A stretch of 62,223 nt of DNA, filler included, from an uncultured bacterium (GCA_964371695.1; 15 parts of 15 records of this genome joined end to end with filler, not necessarily neighbours in it), one strand, 5' to 3'; positions 19,008-29,343 are shown, counted from the whole stretch's first letter. Translations and numbers: made by a program. Notes: generated from the letters alone by a model not told the origin.

Positions 19008-20029
19008 CCGTGACGACGGCCAGCACAAGCCTGAACACCACTCTGATAGAAGTCGCTGAGGTTATCCGCAGCCACCAGCGGTTTTTTCTGGGCACCCACG
19101 TAAACCCCGACGGCGACGGCCTGGGGGCCATCGTGGCCTGCAAACTGATGCTGGAACAGATGGGCAAAACCGTGACGGCGGTCATCGCCGATCCCCTGCC
19201 CTCTTATTACCGTTTCATGCAGGGACAGGGCGCGCCGCACATTCAGGAGAACGGCGCTTACACCGCGGCGCCAGACGAGGTCACGTTCATTTTCGACTGC
19301 GGCGACCAGGGGCGGGTTCACCCCTCGCTCAAGGTGTTCGAACACGGCGGGCCGGTGGTGAACGTGGATCACCACGCCAGCAACAACCGCTTCGGCTCGG
19401 TCAATTACATCGACATCAGCCGCGCCAGCACGGGCCTGATGATTCTGGACATCGCCGACGCGCTGAACGAACCCGTCAGCCCCGCCATGGCCGAAGCCAT
19501 CTACACCACGCTCATCACCGACACCGGCTGTTTCCGCCACTCCAACACCACCGCCGAGGCCCTGGCCGCCGCCACGCGGCTGGTGGCCGCAGGCGCGGTG
19601 CCCCACCTGGTGGTGAACGAGGTTTACAAAAGCCGCCTCTTCAGCCACCTGCAACTCAAGGCGTTCGCGCTGGAACGCGCCAGCCTTTCGTGTCACGACA
19701 GGGTCATCACCAGCAGCGTGCCCCACAAGGATTTCATGGCTGTCAGCGGCAAGCAGGAAGACTTTGAAGGCATTGTGGAAGAACTGCTGGGCGTGGCCGG
19801 TGTGGAAGTGGCTGTGCTGCTCAACTCACCGCAAGAAGGCGTGGTGAAAATCTCCCTGCGCAGCAAGGGGCCGGTGAACGTGTGCGCCATTGCCCAGAAA
19901 ATGGGCGGGGGCGGCCACGTGGCGGCTTCGGGCGCAAAAGTCATCGGCAAGTCCATGGCCGAGGTGGAAAAAGTGCTTTCGGCCCACATCGAAGAAGCAG
20001 TGCAATCGGTTTTTGGCCAGGAGCACTGA
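19004..20029 (+). CDS. nrnA: DHH/DHHA1 phosphoesterase (NrnA-like)
   Basis: HVNPDGDG, VDHH, TDTG, SLRS, GGGGH. Confidence 0.9.
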   Translation: MTVTTASTSLNTTLIEVAEVIRSHQRFFLGTHVNPDGDGLGAIVACKLMLEQMGKTVTAVIADPLPSYYRFMQGQGAPHIQENGAYTAAPDEVTFIFDCGDQGRVHPSLKVFEHGGPVVNVDHHASNNRFGSVNYIDISRASTGLMILDIADALNEPVSPAMAEAIYTTLITDTGCFRHSNTTAEALAAATRLVAAGAVPHLVVNEVYKSRLFSHLQLKAFALERASLSCHDRVITSSVPHKDFMAVSGKQEDFEGIVEELLGVAGVEVAVLLNSPQEGVVKISLRSKGPVNVCAIAQKMGGGGHVAASGAKVIGKSMAEVEKVLSAHIEEAVQSVFGQEH

Positions 20030-20041
20030 GCTCCAGGCACA

Positions 20042-20809
20042 ATGCCCGCCCCCGCAAAAACCCGGCTGGATCAGGCCCTGGTGGCCAGGGGTCTGGCCGA
20101 GACGCGCCAAAAAGCCCAGGCTCTGGTGCTGGCGGGGCTGGTGAAGGTCAACGGTGTGGTGCTCAGCAAGGCGGGCCACGGCGTGTCGCCAGAAGACGCC
20201 CTGGAACTGTCACAGACCAATCAGGACGTGGCCCGCTCGGCAGGCAAACTGCGCCAAGCCTTTGAGCAGTTTCCCCTGAGCGCCCAGAGCCGGGTGTGTC
20301 TGGACGTAGGCTCCAGCACCGGCGGATTCACACAGGTGCTGCTGGAACAGGGCGCGGAAAAAGTGATCGCGGTGGACGTGGGAGCGGGGCTGATGCACGA
20401 ACGCATCGCCCGCAACCCGCGAGTGGTGCTGATGGAACGCACCAACGCCCGCCACCTGCAACCCACACCCGAACTGGCCCCCGTGACACTGGCGGTGACC
20501 GACGTGAGTTTCATTTCACTTCGCCTGATTCTGCCCGCCATGGTGGCCGCCTGCCCCAACTTGCACACCCTTGTCGCCCTCATCAAACCCCAGTTCGAGG
20601 TGGGGCGCGAAGAAGTGGGCAAAGGCGGCATCGTCAAAAACGAAGCCGCAGTGACCCGCGTGCGGGAAGAACTCCAACAGTTCGCCGCCACGCTGGGACT
20701 GACCACGCAACATCAGGTTCCCTGCACCGTCAAAGGCGCAAAAGGCAACCAGGAATGGTTGTGGGTGATGGAGAAAACGGGTCAGTCGCCGGTGGAGGAT
20801 TTTTTGTAG
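20042..20809 (+). CDS. tlyA: TlyA family rRNA 2'-O-methyltransferase
   Basis: S4 domain RLD..LV.RGL, DVGSSTGGFT, DVSFISL, LIKPQFE, GNQE. Confidence 0.93.
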   Translation: MPAPAKTRLDQALVARGLAETRQKAQALVLAGLVKVNGVVLSKAGHGVSPEDALELSQTNQDVARSAGKLRQAFEQFPLSAQSRVCLDVGSSTGGFTQVLLEQGAEKVIAVDVGAGLMHERIARNPRVVLMERTNARHLQPTPELAPVTLAVTDVSFISLRLILPAMVAACPNLHTLVALIKPQFEVGREEVGKGGIVKNEAAVTRVREELQQFAATLGLTTQHQVPCTVKGAKGNQEWLWVMEKTGQSPVEDFL

Positions 20810-20976
20810 TTGTTGTTATTTGTGGTTGTTGTGGATGGGGGGCTTCGCCCCCCAAACCCCCTACCGAGGGGATGAANNNNNNNNNNNNNNNNNNNNNNNN
20901 NNNNNNNNNNNNNNNNNNNNTTAATTAATTAANNNNNNNNNNNNNNNNNNNNNNNNNNNNNNNNNNNNNNNNNNNN

Positions 20977-21521
20977 TCCCATGCCTCGGCGGTGCGCACG
21001 GTGGCCACCAATGTGTCGCCGGTGAAGGGGAGCAGTTGATCGTTGGGAACCGGCGAGGCCTTGGGACCAGTCGCATAATCGGCCATCAGCCGGGCCAGCC
21101 AGACTTCCAGTTCCAGTTCGTCCACCACCTTGCCCAGCAGGGGGGCCGCCGCCTTGCCCAGGGCGTTGCCCAGCCACAGATAGTTGCCCGTCGCCAGACC
21201 GGCGCTGGCGCACAGGCACAGACCCTGCACCTGTTCGGGGCGCTGGCCCGCCATCACCACCGCCACACTGCCGCCGTGGCTGTGGCCCATCAGCACCACG
21301 TCCTGCACGCCGTCGGACGCCAGTTTTTGCCACAAAAAATCCGCCTGACTTTCGAGGTCATAACGGCCATTTGCCGGGGGGGGCGCGCCGTCAAAACCCG
21401 GCAGGGTATAGGCCAGCACCCGCAGGCCCTCGGCCTCAAGGCGCTCCTTGAGCGGCGCGAAGCCCCGTGCGGAACCGGGGTTCCCGTGAATCAGCAGCAC
21501 AGGGCAGGGAGGCTGTCTCAA
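20977..21521 (-). CDS. Alpha/beta hydrolase (3' truncated; N-terminus apparently interrupted by an R1 element)
   Basis: LLIHGNPG, LPGFD, nucleophile GHSHGG. Confidence 0.8.
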
Positions 21522-21654
21522 GAGACAGCCTCGCAGGCCAAGGATGGACTGCTCCGAAAAGCGAAGGTTGCAAAACCGTAGCTTTTCGCGGTTTTTTCAA
21601 CACTTGTTTTTGGAAAAACCGTGTCGAAAAACCCCAGGAGGGGGTTTTGAGACA
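21510..21654 (+). repeat. R1 MITE-like element copy
   Basis: Five consecutive hairpins in the same order as other copies, including GCAGGCCA-AGGA-TGGACTGC, CGAAAAGC...GCTTTTCG and AAACCCC-AGGAG-GGGGTTT. Confidence 0.75.
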
Positions 21655-21675
21655 AATCATGAAAAAGAGATGTCA

Positions 21676-23037
21676 TCAGCCGCCCTTTATTTTCGCCATG
21701 AACACCGTGGCCAGTGTGAGAAAAATGAAAAACCCGCTGCTGTCGGTGAGGGGGGTGACAAACACCGAACTGGCCACCGCCGGGTCTTTGCCCCATTTTT
21801 TGAGCAGCATGGGAATGGCTGTGCCCAGCACGGTGGCCATGGCTACGTTGAGCATGAGCGCCGTGCCCACCACCAGACCAAACCAGGGCTTGCCCACCAC
21901 CAGCCAGGCGAACAATCCCATGGCCAGGCCCACCGACACGCCCACCAGCACCCCCACACCCGCTTCGCGTTTCAGCGCCCGCAGGGCCGACTGCCGGTTG
22001 AGGGTGCCCATGGCGGTGGCCCGCACCACCAGGGCGATGGACTGTGTGCCCGCGTTGCCCCCCAGGCCCGCCACGATGGGCATGAAGGCCGCCAATAGCG
22101 CGGCCTGTGAAATGGTGTGTTCAAACGAGGCCACCACCCGTGCGCTGATGGCGGCCATGCCCAGGTTGATGATGAGCCAGGGCAGGCGGCGGCGCACCGA
22201 CGAAAGGGTGTCGTCGGCCAGGGTTTCTTCTGTAGAAAGCCCTGCCAGGCGGTACATGTCCTCTTCGTGTTCCTCGTCAATCACGTCCACCACGTCGTCC
22301 ACCAGAATCCGCCCCAGCAGGCGGCCTTCGGCGTCTACCACTGGCATCTGCTCGTAGTTGTATTTACGAAAGATGGCGGCCACGTGTTCCTGGTCAGCGG
22401 CTACGTCAATGGACCGCACCTTGGTCTCCATCACGTCTTCCAGGCGGGTGTCGGGGTGGTGCAGAATGAAATTGCGCAGGGGCAGGCGGCCCTCCAGTCG
22501 GCCGCTGGCGTCTACCACATACACGTTGTGGGGGATGTTCTCCTTTTCTTCTTCGGCCAGCCCTCGCACCCACTCGGCGGCCTTGCCCAGGGTGAGGTTG
22601 CGGGGCAGTTTCACCACAAAGGTGTCCATGAGGCCGCCGGCGGTGTCCTCGGGGTATTTCAGCAGATTCTGGATGTCCTGACGGGTGTCCTCGGAACTGC
22701 CCGCCAACACCTTGGGCCGGTCGTGTTCGTCCAGTTCACCCACAATGTCGGCGGCGTCGTCGGCAGCCAGTTCCTCCACCAGTTCGGTGATGTGTTCCAC
22801 TTCCAGGTCTTCCAGCAGGTCTTCGCGCAGGTGTTGCTGCACCTCGGTGAGCACCTCGGCGGCGGTGGCTTTTTCCAGCAGGTGAAAGGTGCGGATGGCT
22901 TCTTCGGGGCTGGCCTGATCCAGGCACGCGGCGATGTCGGCGGGGTGATGCCCCTGCAAAAAGGCCACAAGCGCCGGTGTGTCCCCGGTCTGGGCCAGGG
23001 CGTGAAACTGCGTCATCTGTTCTTCGGTCATGGACAC
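21676..23037 (-). CDS. mgtE: Magnesium transporter MgtE
   Basis: HPADIA, YPEDTAGGLM, CBS pair, RRLPWL, GGNAGTQS, DPAVAS, TDSSGF. Confidence 0.95.
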   Translation of the reverse strand: MSMTEEQMTQFHALAQTGDTPALVAFLQGHHPADIAACLDQASPEEAIRTFHLLEKATAAEVLTEVQQHLREDLLEDLEVEHITELVEELAADDAADIVGELDEHDRPKVLAGSSEDTRQDIQNLLKYPEDTAGGLMDTFVVKLPRNLTLGKAAEWVRGLAEEEKENIPHNVYVVDASGRLEGRLPLRNFILHHPDTRLEDVMETKVRSIDVAADQEHVAAIFRKYNYEQMPVVDAEGRLLGRILVDDVVDVIDEEHEEDMYRLAGLSTEETLADDTLSSVRRRLPWLIINLGMAAISARVVASFEHTISQAALLAAFMPIVAGLGGNAGTQSIALVVRATAMGTLNRQSALRALKREAGVGVLVGVSVGLAMGLFAWLVVGKPWFGLVVGTALMLNVAMATVLGTAIPMLLKKWGKDPAVASSVFVTPLTDSSGFFIFLTLATVFMAKIKGG

Positions 23038-23081
23038 GGCGCGAAAGTTTAACCGGTTGAACCAGAAAGACATGGTTTTTT

Positions 23082-23315
23082 GGGCCTGTTTAAAAAGTGG
23101 GCGATGTGAAACGTGGCCCACTTTGGACAGGCTCTGGCGGCCATGAGTTTGCGAGGAATCTTTCCAGATGCCCATTGGGGCATCTGGCCGAGCAAAGGCG
23201 ATAGCGGCCGCACCCGAAAACCGGAGCTTTGAAAAAGCACAGGTTTTCGCCACGCCGAGGGGGCTTTGCCCCCGATGGCGTTGGGTTTATAAAGTCCACG
23301 ACGGACTTTTAAAAC
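23082..23315 (+). repeat. R1 MITE-like element copy (with internal insert)
   Basis: 23210-23250 is near-identical to the reverse complement of 33459-33497; terminal GTTTATAAAGTCC...GGACTTT hairpin as at 35197-35227. Confidence 0.75.
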
Positions 23316-23478
23316 AGATTTTTGGGCCAGGTGTCGGGTTTTTGTCGAAACGGCCCGGTTTTTACCCCCGTGCGCCCCTGTTCATCCAGTCAGAGTGAAT
23401 CCCGGTATCCTTTTGAAAAGTGCCACTGAAAAAAGCATAATCCCCTTCGGCGCATTTGCGCCTGTCCCCGGAACCGTC

Positions 23479-24333
23479 ATGGCCATCAGTGCAACCGCCG
23501 TCAAAGCCTATGTTGAGAAGCTGCCGCCGCTGCCGCTGACCACAAGCAAGATTCTTCGCCTCACCGAAGACCCCGCCAGCACACCCCAGCAGATTGCCCA
23601 GGCCATCGCCGTGGACCCCACCCTGGCGGCGAAAATCCTCAAGCTGGTCAACAGCGCCTATTTCAGCCTGAAAGAAGAAGTCACCCAGGTGAGCAAGGCC
23701 ATTATTTTGCTGGGCATGGCCACCGTGCGCAACGTGGCCATCAGCAGCAGCACCATGGACGTGCTCAAGCGCCAGCGCGCCGAAGACGGCATTGATCTGG
23801 ACGCCTTCTGGCAACATTCCGTGGCCTGCGGCGTGGTGGCCAAAACCATTGCCGAGCTGTGCAAGGTGGAGCGCAAAAATCTGGAGGACTATTTCATTGC
23901 CGGGCTGATGCACGACATCGGCGTGCTGGCCATGAACATGCTGGATGGCAAATCCCTCAAGGTGGCCCATGGGCTGGCCAAAGACGACAGCGAAAAAATC
24001 CTCTCTTATGAAATGAAATATCTGGGCACCTCTCACGCCCATGTGGGTTATCAGATGGCCCAGCACTGGAAGCTGCCCCAGGCCATCATGGCGGCCATCG
24101 CCTATCACCACGAGGTGCGCCCCGCCGACAAACCCTTCGCCAAGTTTTCCAACACCATTCATTTGGCCAACATTTATGCCATGGCCAACGGCATGGGCGT
24201 GGCCCGGCCCATTCCCGCCCCCTCGCTGGAGAAACTCTGCGTCGCCGTGGGCGTGAAGCTCGAAGACATCCAGGCCCGCAATGCGATCATTAAAGAAGGC
24301 ATCGAAAAGGCCACGGTGTTCATTCAGTCCTGA
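23479..24333 (+). CDS. HDOD domain signal transduction protein
   Basis: LPPLP, DPTLAAKILKLVNSAYF, FWQHS, AGLMHDIG, HAHVG...WKLP...YHH. Confidence 0.93.
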   Translation: MAISATAVKAYVEKLPPLPLTTSKILRLTEDPASTPQQIAQAIAVDPTLAAKILKLVNSAYFSLKEEVTQVSKAIILLGMATVRNVAISSSTMDVLKRQRAEDGIDLDAFWQHSVACGVVAKTIAELCKVERKNLEDYFIAGLMHDIGVLAMNMLDGKSLKVAHGLAKDDSEKILSYEMKYLGTSHAHVGYQMAQHWKLPQAIMAAIAYHHEVRPADKPFAKFSNTIHLANIYAMANGMGVARPIPAPSLEKLCVAVGVKLEDIQARNAIIKEGIEKATVFIQS

Positions 24334-24395
24334 CTTCTTGCCGAACCCGCACTGCACCCTCCTTTTTGTCGCCGCGTTTTTCTATAATGAACCCC

Positions 24396-24752
24396 ATGAA
24401 ACGCCTCGCGGACAGCGACATCGGTGAAATTCTGCTGGACGCCATCACCGGCAGTGTGCAACTGCGCCTCTACAACATCGCCATTGACCTGGACATGGAG
24501 GAGTGGCGCGACCTGGTGGGCATGGTGCAGCGCGCTGCGGCGGTGAGCCAGCAGGAGCAATCGTTGCTGGAATCCCACGCCAGCCAGGACGGCGACCCCA
24601 CCGGTTTGTGGATGAGCGGCGGTTTGCAGGAAATCACCTGCCCCGCCTGTGGCCAGGTGTTTGCGGCTTTTCTGGGCAGCCAGGGCGTGCAGTGTCCGGG
24701 TTGCGGCGAGCCGGTGAACACGCTGCCCCACGGAGGGCGCCTGGATGGCTGA
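24396..24752 (+). CDS. Hypothetical protein with C-terminal zinc ribbon
   Basis: CPAC...CPGC; TATAAT 7 nt before ATG. Confidence 0.7.
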   Translation: MKRLADSDIGEILLDAITGSVQLRLYNIAIDLDMEEWRDLVGMVQRAAAVSQQEQSLLESHASQDGDPTGLWMSGGLQEITCPACGQVFAAFLGSQGVQCPGCGEPVNTLPHGGRLDG

Positions 24753-25036
24753 GGAAATCGTGATTCATCAGGCCCTGAACGATTATCAGATTGAGGTGCT
24801 GCGCCAGCGTTATGTCGATGTGGACGCGCCGGACATGAAGGAGTTTTTCTTCAGCCAGCTTTATCCACCCCTGGAAGTGGCCCACCAACACGGCAAACGC
24901 AACGCCGATTTTCACACCCTCACCCAGCACTGGATGGTGCGGCTGATTCTGCACACCGGCCTTATCCGCGGCCTGCGGGTGGTGGTGGACCTGCACAACC
25001 TGACCGAGGAACTGGACCGCCGCATGGTGGAGAAAC
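24745..25036 (+). CDS. FFLEELY-motif-like protein (3' truncated)
   Basis: Q..LRQRY.D, FFFSQLYP, LHNLTEELD pattern. Confidence 0.6.
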
Positions 25037-25201
25037 NNNNNNNNNNNNNNNNNNNNNNNNNNNNNNNNNNNNNNNNNNNNTTAATTAATTAANNNNNNNN
25101 NNNNNNNNNNNNNNNNNNNNNNNNNNNNNNNNNNNNACGATGGGGGGTGAATAGAATTCATAAAAATCAACAAAACAAAAAGGTTTTTGTTTTTTGTTTG
25201 A

Positions 25202-25231
25202 ACTGGATTCCCGCTTTCGCGGGAATGACGG
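25202..25231. repeat. 30-bp palindromic repeat identical to 7349-7378
   Basis: ACTGGATTCCCGCTTTCGCGGGAATGACGG exact match. Confidence 0.9.
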
Positions 25232-25247
25232 CGGGGGGCGGGGAATG

Positions 25248-26177
25248 CTATGTCAACTTTACCTGGCGGGCGGCCTGACGCCGGGGCCTGTCCCTGAAAA
25301 AACCGGCGAATTTTTCCGGGTGAATCACCTCGGCCATCAGTTCCAGGCTGTCCACCAGCCGGGGGCCGGAGCGGTTGAAATACGACAGGCCGTCCAGGGC
25401 GTAGACCCGGCCATCCCGCGCCGCCGAGGTGTGCTCAAATCCGTCGGGCATGGGGGGCAGCGTCGCCAGTTCGTTCAGGGTGCGGGGCAGGTCAAAACCG
25501 CAGGGAATCAGCAGCAGCAACTGGGGGTTGTAGGCGGCCAGGTCGGCCCAGGAAATGGTGCGGGCGGGGCCGGTGGGGTTGATGTCATGCGCCCCGCCGC
25601 AGATTCCCACCATCTCGGCTGTCCAGTGGCCCGCGGCCATGGGCGGGTTCAGCCACTCCACCACGGCGGTGCGCGCCAAGGCCCGTTGTTTGCGGGTTTC
25701 GCGGCGAACAGCCTCGGTGCGGTTGTTCCATTCGGCGAGCAGGTCGCGGGCCTTTTCTTCGGCCCCCAAAAATGCCCCCACCTTCAGCACATCCTCCAGC
25801 ACGTCCTGATAACCATTGGGTTCCAGCGAAAGCACACGCACCTCGCGGCCCAGAGCCTCGCCCAGGTTTTCCAGGTCTGCCGGAGAAACCGCACACACGC
25901 CGCACTGCTGCTGGGTGATGAGGGTGTCCGCGCCGGTTTCCCGCAGCACGTCCAGGTGAATTTCAAAAAGCGACTGCCCCTGGGCCAGCAATTCCCGCAC
26001 CTGCTGGTGAATGCCCAGGCTGTTTTGCTGCGGGTTGATGCGGGTGCTGCTGAGGCGCGGCAGCGTTTCGACATCGGGCGGAAAATCACATTCGTGACTC
26101 ACCGCTACGAGCTGGTCACGAAGCCCCAGGGCGCACACATATTCTGTCGCGCCCGCATAGGTGGTGGCGATTTTCAT
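25248..26177 (-). CDS. BtuF/TroA-like cobalamin/iron substrate-binding family protein, no signal peptide
   Basis: ATE..CALG..LVAVSHECDFP, EWLNPP..AGHW, PCGF, YFNRSGPRL. Confidence 0.85.
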   Translation of the reverse strand: MKIATTYAGATEYVCALGLRDQLVAVSHECDFPPDVETLPRLSSTRINPQQNSLGIHQQVRELLAQGQSLFEIHLDVLRETGADTLITQQQCGVCAVSPADLENLGEALGREVRVLSLEPNGYQDVLEDVLKVGAFLGAEEKARDLLAEWNNRTEAVRRETRKQRALARTAVVEWLNPPMAAGHWTAEMVGICGGAHDINPTGPARTISWADLAAYNPQLLLLIPCGFDLPRTLNELATLPPMPDGFEHTSAARDGRVYALDGLSYFNRSGPRLVDSLELMAEVIHPEKFAGFFRDRPRRQAARQVKLT

Positions 26178-27514
26178 GGAGACGCGAGGTTAACAGTGCC
26201 CAGGCTTTGTTCTGAGCAAAATGACGTAAATGCGGCCTTGGCCCGGTCGGCATGCACCCGCCGACGGGCCGGTTTGCCGCCCTTCACCCGTTCAAAAAGA
26301 GGCGGAAAAAGGCTGTAGTTGAGACTGCTGGGCTGATAGGGCCGGTTGGGGGTTTGGGTGTGCGCCAAGAGCGCCCCCAGGGCGGACTCACGGGGAAAAA
26401 CCAGAGGTGGCTGACCGCTCAGGCGGCGGTGCAGATTCAGCGCCGCCACGTGTCCGCTGGCAATGGCGCTGGTGTAACCCTCCAGGCCGGTGATCTGTCC
26501 GGCGAAAAACAGATGCGGGAAACGCCGGTGGCTCAGGTCTGGTGCAAGAAAAACCGGCGCGTTCACAAAAGTGTTGCGGTGCATCTGGCCCAGGCGTTCA
26601 AAGGCCGCATTTTTCAGGGCGGGAATGAGCGCGAACACGCGTTTTTGTTCAGGCCATTTCAGGCGAGTCTGAAAACCCACGAGGTTCAGGTAATTCCCCG
26701 CTTCGTCTTCGCGCCGCAGTTGCACCACGGCGTGGGGCCAGCGCCCCGTGGCCGGGTCGGTGAGGCCCTTGGGGCTGAGGGGGCCAAAACGCAGTGTTTC
26801 CGCCCCCCGCGCCGCCATCATTTCTATGGGCAGGCAGCGCTCAAACAGTTTGGCCGGTTCAAAGTCGTGCAGCGGGGCGCACTCGGCGCACACCAGTTCT
26901 TCTACAAAATGGTGATATTGCTCAGCATTGAGGATGCAGTTGAAATAGTCGTTGTTTTCCGTTTCATAACGTGCGCCCCAGAACCCGCAGGTTTCATCCA
27001 CGCTGTCGCGTTCCACGATGGGTGCGATGGCATCGAAAAAAAACAACTCGCCGTCAAACAACTGGTGCTGCAAAAAGTCGAACAGGGTGTCGTGGGTGAG
27101 CGGCCCCGTCGCCACCACGGTGGGGGCGTCGGGGTCGATTTCATCCACCCGCTCGTTTTTGAAGGTGACACCTGGTGCGCCGGCCAGGGCTTCACTCACA
27201 CGGCGGCTGAAATCTTCACGGTTCACCACCAGCGCCTTGCCGCCGGGAATGGCCGTCTGTTCCGCCAAAGTCAGCAGGGGCGAACCCAGTGTGCGGAGTT
27301 CTTCTTTCATCACCCCCTCGGCAGTGACAGGCTCGGTGCTTTTCAGGCTGTTGCTGCACACCAGCTCGGCGGGTGCGCCGGTGAGGTGCGCGCCCGTGGG
27401 GGTGTGGGGCCGCATTTCATACAGCGTCACGGCGTGCCCCAGGCGCGCCAGCACCAGGGCGGCCTCTGATCCCGCGAGGCCCGCGCCGATGACACTGATG
27501 TCCCGCGTGTTCAT
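26174..27514 (-). CDS. trmFO: Folate/FAD-dependent tRNA m5U54 methyltransferase TrmFO
   Basis: GAGLAGSEAA, ELVCSNSL, FFDAIAPIV, VGFQT, MHRNTF, FAGQITG.EGY. Confidence 0.96.
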   Translation of the reverse strand: MNTRDISVIGAGLAGSEAALVLARLGHAVTLYEMRPHTPTGAHLTGAPAELVCSNSLKSTEPVTAEGVMKEELRTLGSPLLTLAEQTAIPGGKALVVNREDFSRRVSEALAGAPGVTFKNERVDEIDPDAPTVVATGPLTHDTLFDFLQHQLFDGELFFFDAIAPIVERDSVDETCGFWGARYETENNDYFNCILNAEQYHHFVEELVCAECAPLHDFEPAKLFERCLPIEMMAARGAETLRFGPLSPKGLTDPATGRWPHAVVQLRREDEAGNYLNLVGFQTRLKWPEQKRVFALIPALKNAAFERLGQMHRNTFVNAPVFLAPDLSHRRFPHLFFAGQITGLEGYTSAIASGHVAALNLHRRLSGQPPLVFPRESALGALLAHTQTPNRPYQPSSLNYSLFPPLFERVKGGKPARRRVHADRAKAAFTSFCSEQSLGTVNLASP

Positions 27515-27573
27515 TCAAAATCTCCAACAAAAAACCATCCATGGCCTGCAAGTGGCCCTACCCAAATTCATTT

Positions 27574-28458
27574 TCAGGGCCCCTTGGTTTTGCGGGCCGG
27601 TTTGGTCTTGGGCTTGGAACTGGAGGCCGACCTGGGCTTGGTTTGAGCTGCCGTTTTGGGCCGGGGTTTTCGGGGTGGGCGAGGTGGCTTGGCGTTTTCG
27701 GCGGCGCGGATGCTGAGTTCCTTTTTCAGGTTGTCCACCTCGGTGGGGCTCATGGGTTTCACGCCGCCGGTGGGAATCCCCCGCAGTTTGAGTGGGCCTA
27801 CCGACTCGCGCACCAAGCGTGTCACCACCAGACCAGCGGCCTCGGCCATGCGGCGTATCTGCCGGTTGCGGCCCTCGGTGAGTGTCCACACCGTGAGGTG
27901 CTCCCGGCCTTCCTTGGCCTGATGCAGCAGGCGAATCTGACAGCGCTGCACGCGCCGTCCGTCCAGCACAATGCCGCCGGATTGCAAAAATCCAAGGGTG
28001 TTGTCGGTGAGTCTGCCCCGCAACCACACGCGGTAGGTTTTTCGCACCTTGGCGTTGGGGTGGGTGAGCAGGTGCTGCAGGTCGCCGTCGTTGGTGAGCA
28101 CCAGCAGGCCCTCGCTCATGGCGTCCAGGCGTCCGGCGGCGCGCAGGTGGCGGTATTGGGGCAGGTCCAGCGTCCAGCTTCTCAGGTTGCCCTCGGACTC
28201 ATGGCTGATGATGACGCCCTTGGGTTTGTGATAAAGCAGGGTTTCGGTTTTCAAGCGCCGGACAGGCCGGTTGTTGAAGGTGACCTTGTGGACACCCTCC
28301 ACCACCTGAAAAGACAGATCCCGCACCACCACGCCGTTCACCTTCACGCGGGCTTCGTCCACCAGCCCGGCGGCCTCGCGGCGGCTGCACACACCACAGG
28401 CGGCCAGGTAAACCCCCAGGCGCGTGCCCTCTTTGGTGATGGTGGTGTCCTCTGCCAT
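27574..28458 (-). CDS. RsuA/RluB family pseudouridine synthase
   Basis: S4 CSRREA, HKPKG, GRLD..SEGLL.LTNDG, EGRNRQIRRM. Confidence 0.93.
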   Translation of the reverse strand: MAEDTTITKEGTRLGVYLAACGVCSRREAAGLVDEARVKVNGVVVRDLSFQVVEGVHKVTFNNRPVRRLKTETLLYHKPKGVIISHESEGNLRSWTLDLPQYRHLRAAGRLDAMSEGLLVLTNDGDLQHLLTHPNAKVRKTYRVWLRGRLTDNTLGFLQSGGIVLDGRRVQRCQIRLLHQAKEGREHLTVWTLTEGRNRQIRRMAEAAGLVVTRLVRESVGPLKLRGIPTGGVKPMSPTEVDNLKKELSIRAAENAKPPRPPRKPRPKTAAQTKPRSASSSKPKTKPARKTKGP

Positions 28459-28487
28459 GGGGGCATCTTAACAGGACAACATCAGGC

Positions 28488-28967
28488 TTAAGGCTGGAGA
28501 ATCGTCGGTATTTTTTCTTTTGCACCGGCGGGGGTGTGGGCCAGCCGCATTCCCACGGCTGTGGCCTTGTGGGGGGCCGGGGCCTTGCGCGGGGCGCTCA
28601 GGCCAATGCACACCACGCCCACGAGCACCAGCATCACGCCGCTCCAGCGCAGGGCGCTCACCTGTTCATCAAAAAACAGACGCGCCGCAATGGTGATGAG
28701 CACCAAGTTCAGGCTCGCCATGGGATAAGCCACCGAAAGCGGCAACGCGCCGGGGCCGCTGATGGCCTTGAGATAAAGCAGAAAACTGAAGAAATAGAGG
28801 AACAGCGCCCCCAGCAGAAAAGGGTTGAGCAACATGCGTTTGAAATCTCGCCCGGCGCTTTTGCCGGTGAAGTTCACCCCGCCAATGCGCCCCACGCCGG
28901 TTTTCAGGTTCATCTGGGCGATGAAGCCCAGGCCGACAGAAGCCAGCATGGTGAGAATGGCGCTCAT
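28488..28967 (-). CDS. EamA/SMR-like (ArnE/ArnF-type) small transporter
   Basis: Four TM helices; PLSVAYP...F.E.VS..RW.G. Confidence 0.8.
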   Translation of the reverse strand: MSAILTMLASVGLGFIAQMNLKTGVGRIGGVNFTGKSAGRDFKRMLLNPFLLGALFLYFFSFLLYLKAISGPGALPLSVAYPMASLNLVLITIAARLFFDEQVSALRWSGVMLVLVGVVCIGLSAPRKAPAPHKATAVGMRLAHTPAGAKEKIPTILQP

Positions 28968-29188
28968 GGGGTCTCCTTGTCTGGTGAAGGATCGGGGCCG
29001 GTGGGGTGTTTTTTCTCCTGACTCGAAAGGGCGATGAGGGTGACCCCCCCGATGATGGCCACAAGTCCCAAAAGCCGCACCAGCGAGAGGGGTTCTTTCT
29101 CCAGCCCCAGCGCGCCGGTGGCGGTGATGGCGGTGATGACGACATAAGCAAAGGCCCCCACGGGGTAAACCAGCGAAATGTCCAGAAT
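28964..29188 (-). CDS. Second EamA/SMR-like subunit (5' truncated)
   Basis: ISLVYP..AFAYV...KEPLS...LLG; stop overlaps the next ATG. Confidence 0.7.
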   Translation of the reverse strand: MLDISLVYPVGAFAYVVITAITATGALGLEKEPLSLVRLLGLVAIIGGVTLIALSSQEKKHPTGPDPSPDKETP

Positions 29189-29343
29189 NNNNNNNNNNNN
29201 NNNNNNNNNNNNNNNNNNNNNNNNNNNNNNNNTTAATTAATTAANNNNNNNNNNNNNNNNNNNNNNNNNNNNNNNNNNNNNNNNNNNNGTCCATCCTTTC
29301 TTTGGGGGGGTGAGGGATGTGGTGTTCTGGTTTGTGGGGGGGA

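Noticed and set aside
23082-23315. Structured region upstream of mgtE as an M-box magnesium riboswitch
   Set aside because: It matches the dispersed R1 repeat found beside unrelated genes, and a -10 box lies downstream of it next to the mgtE start
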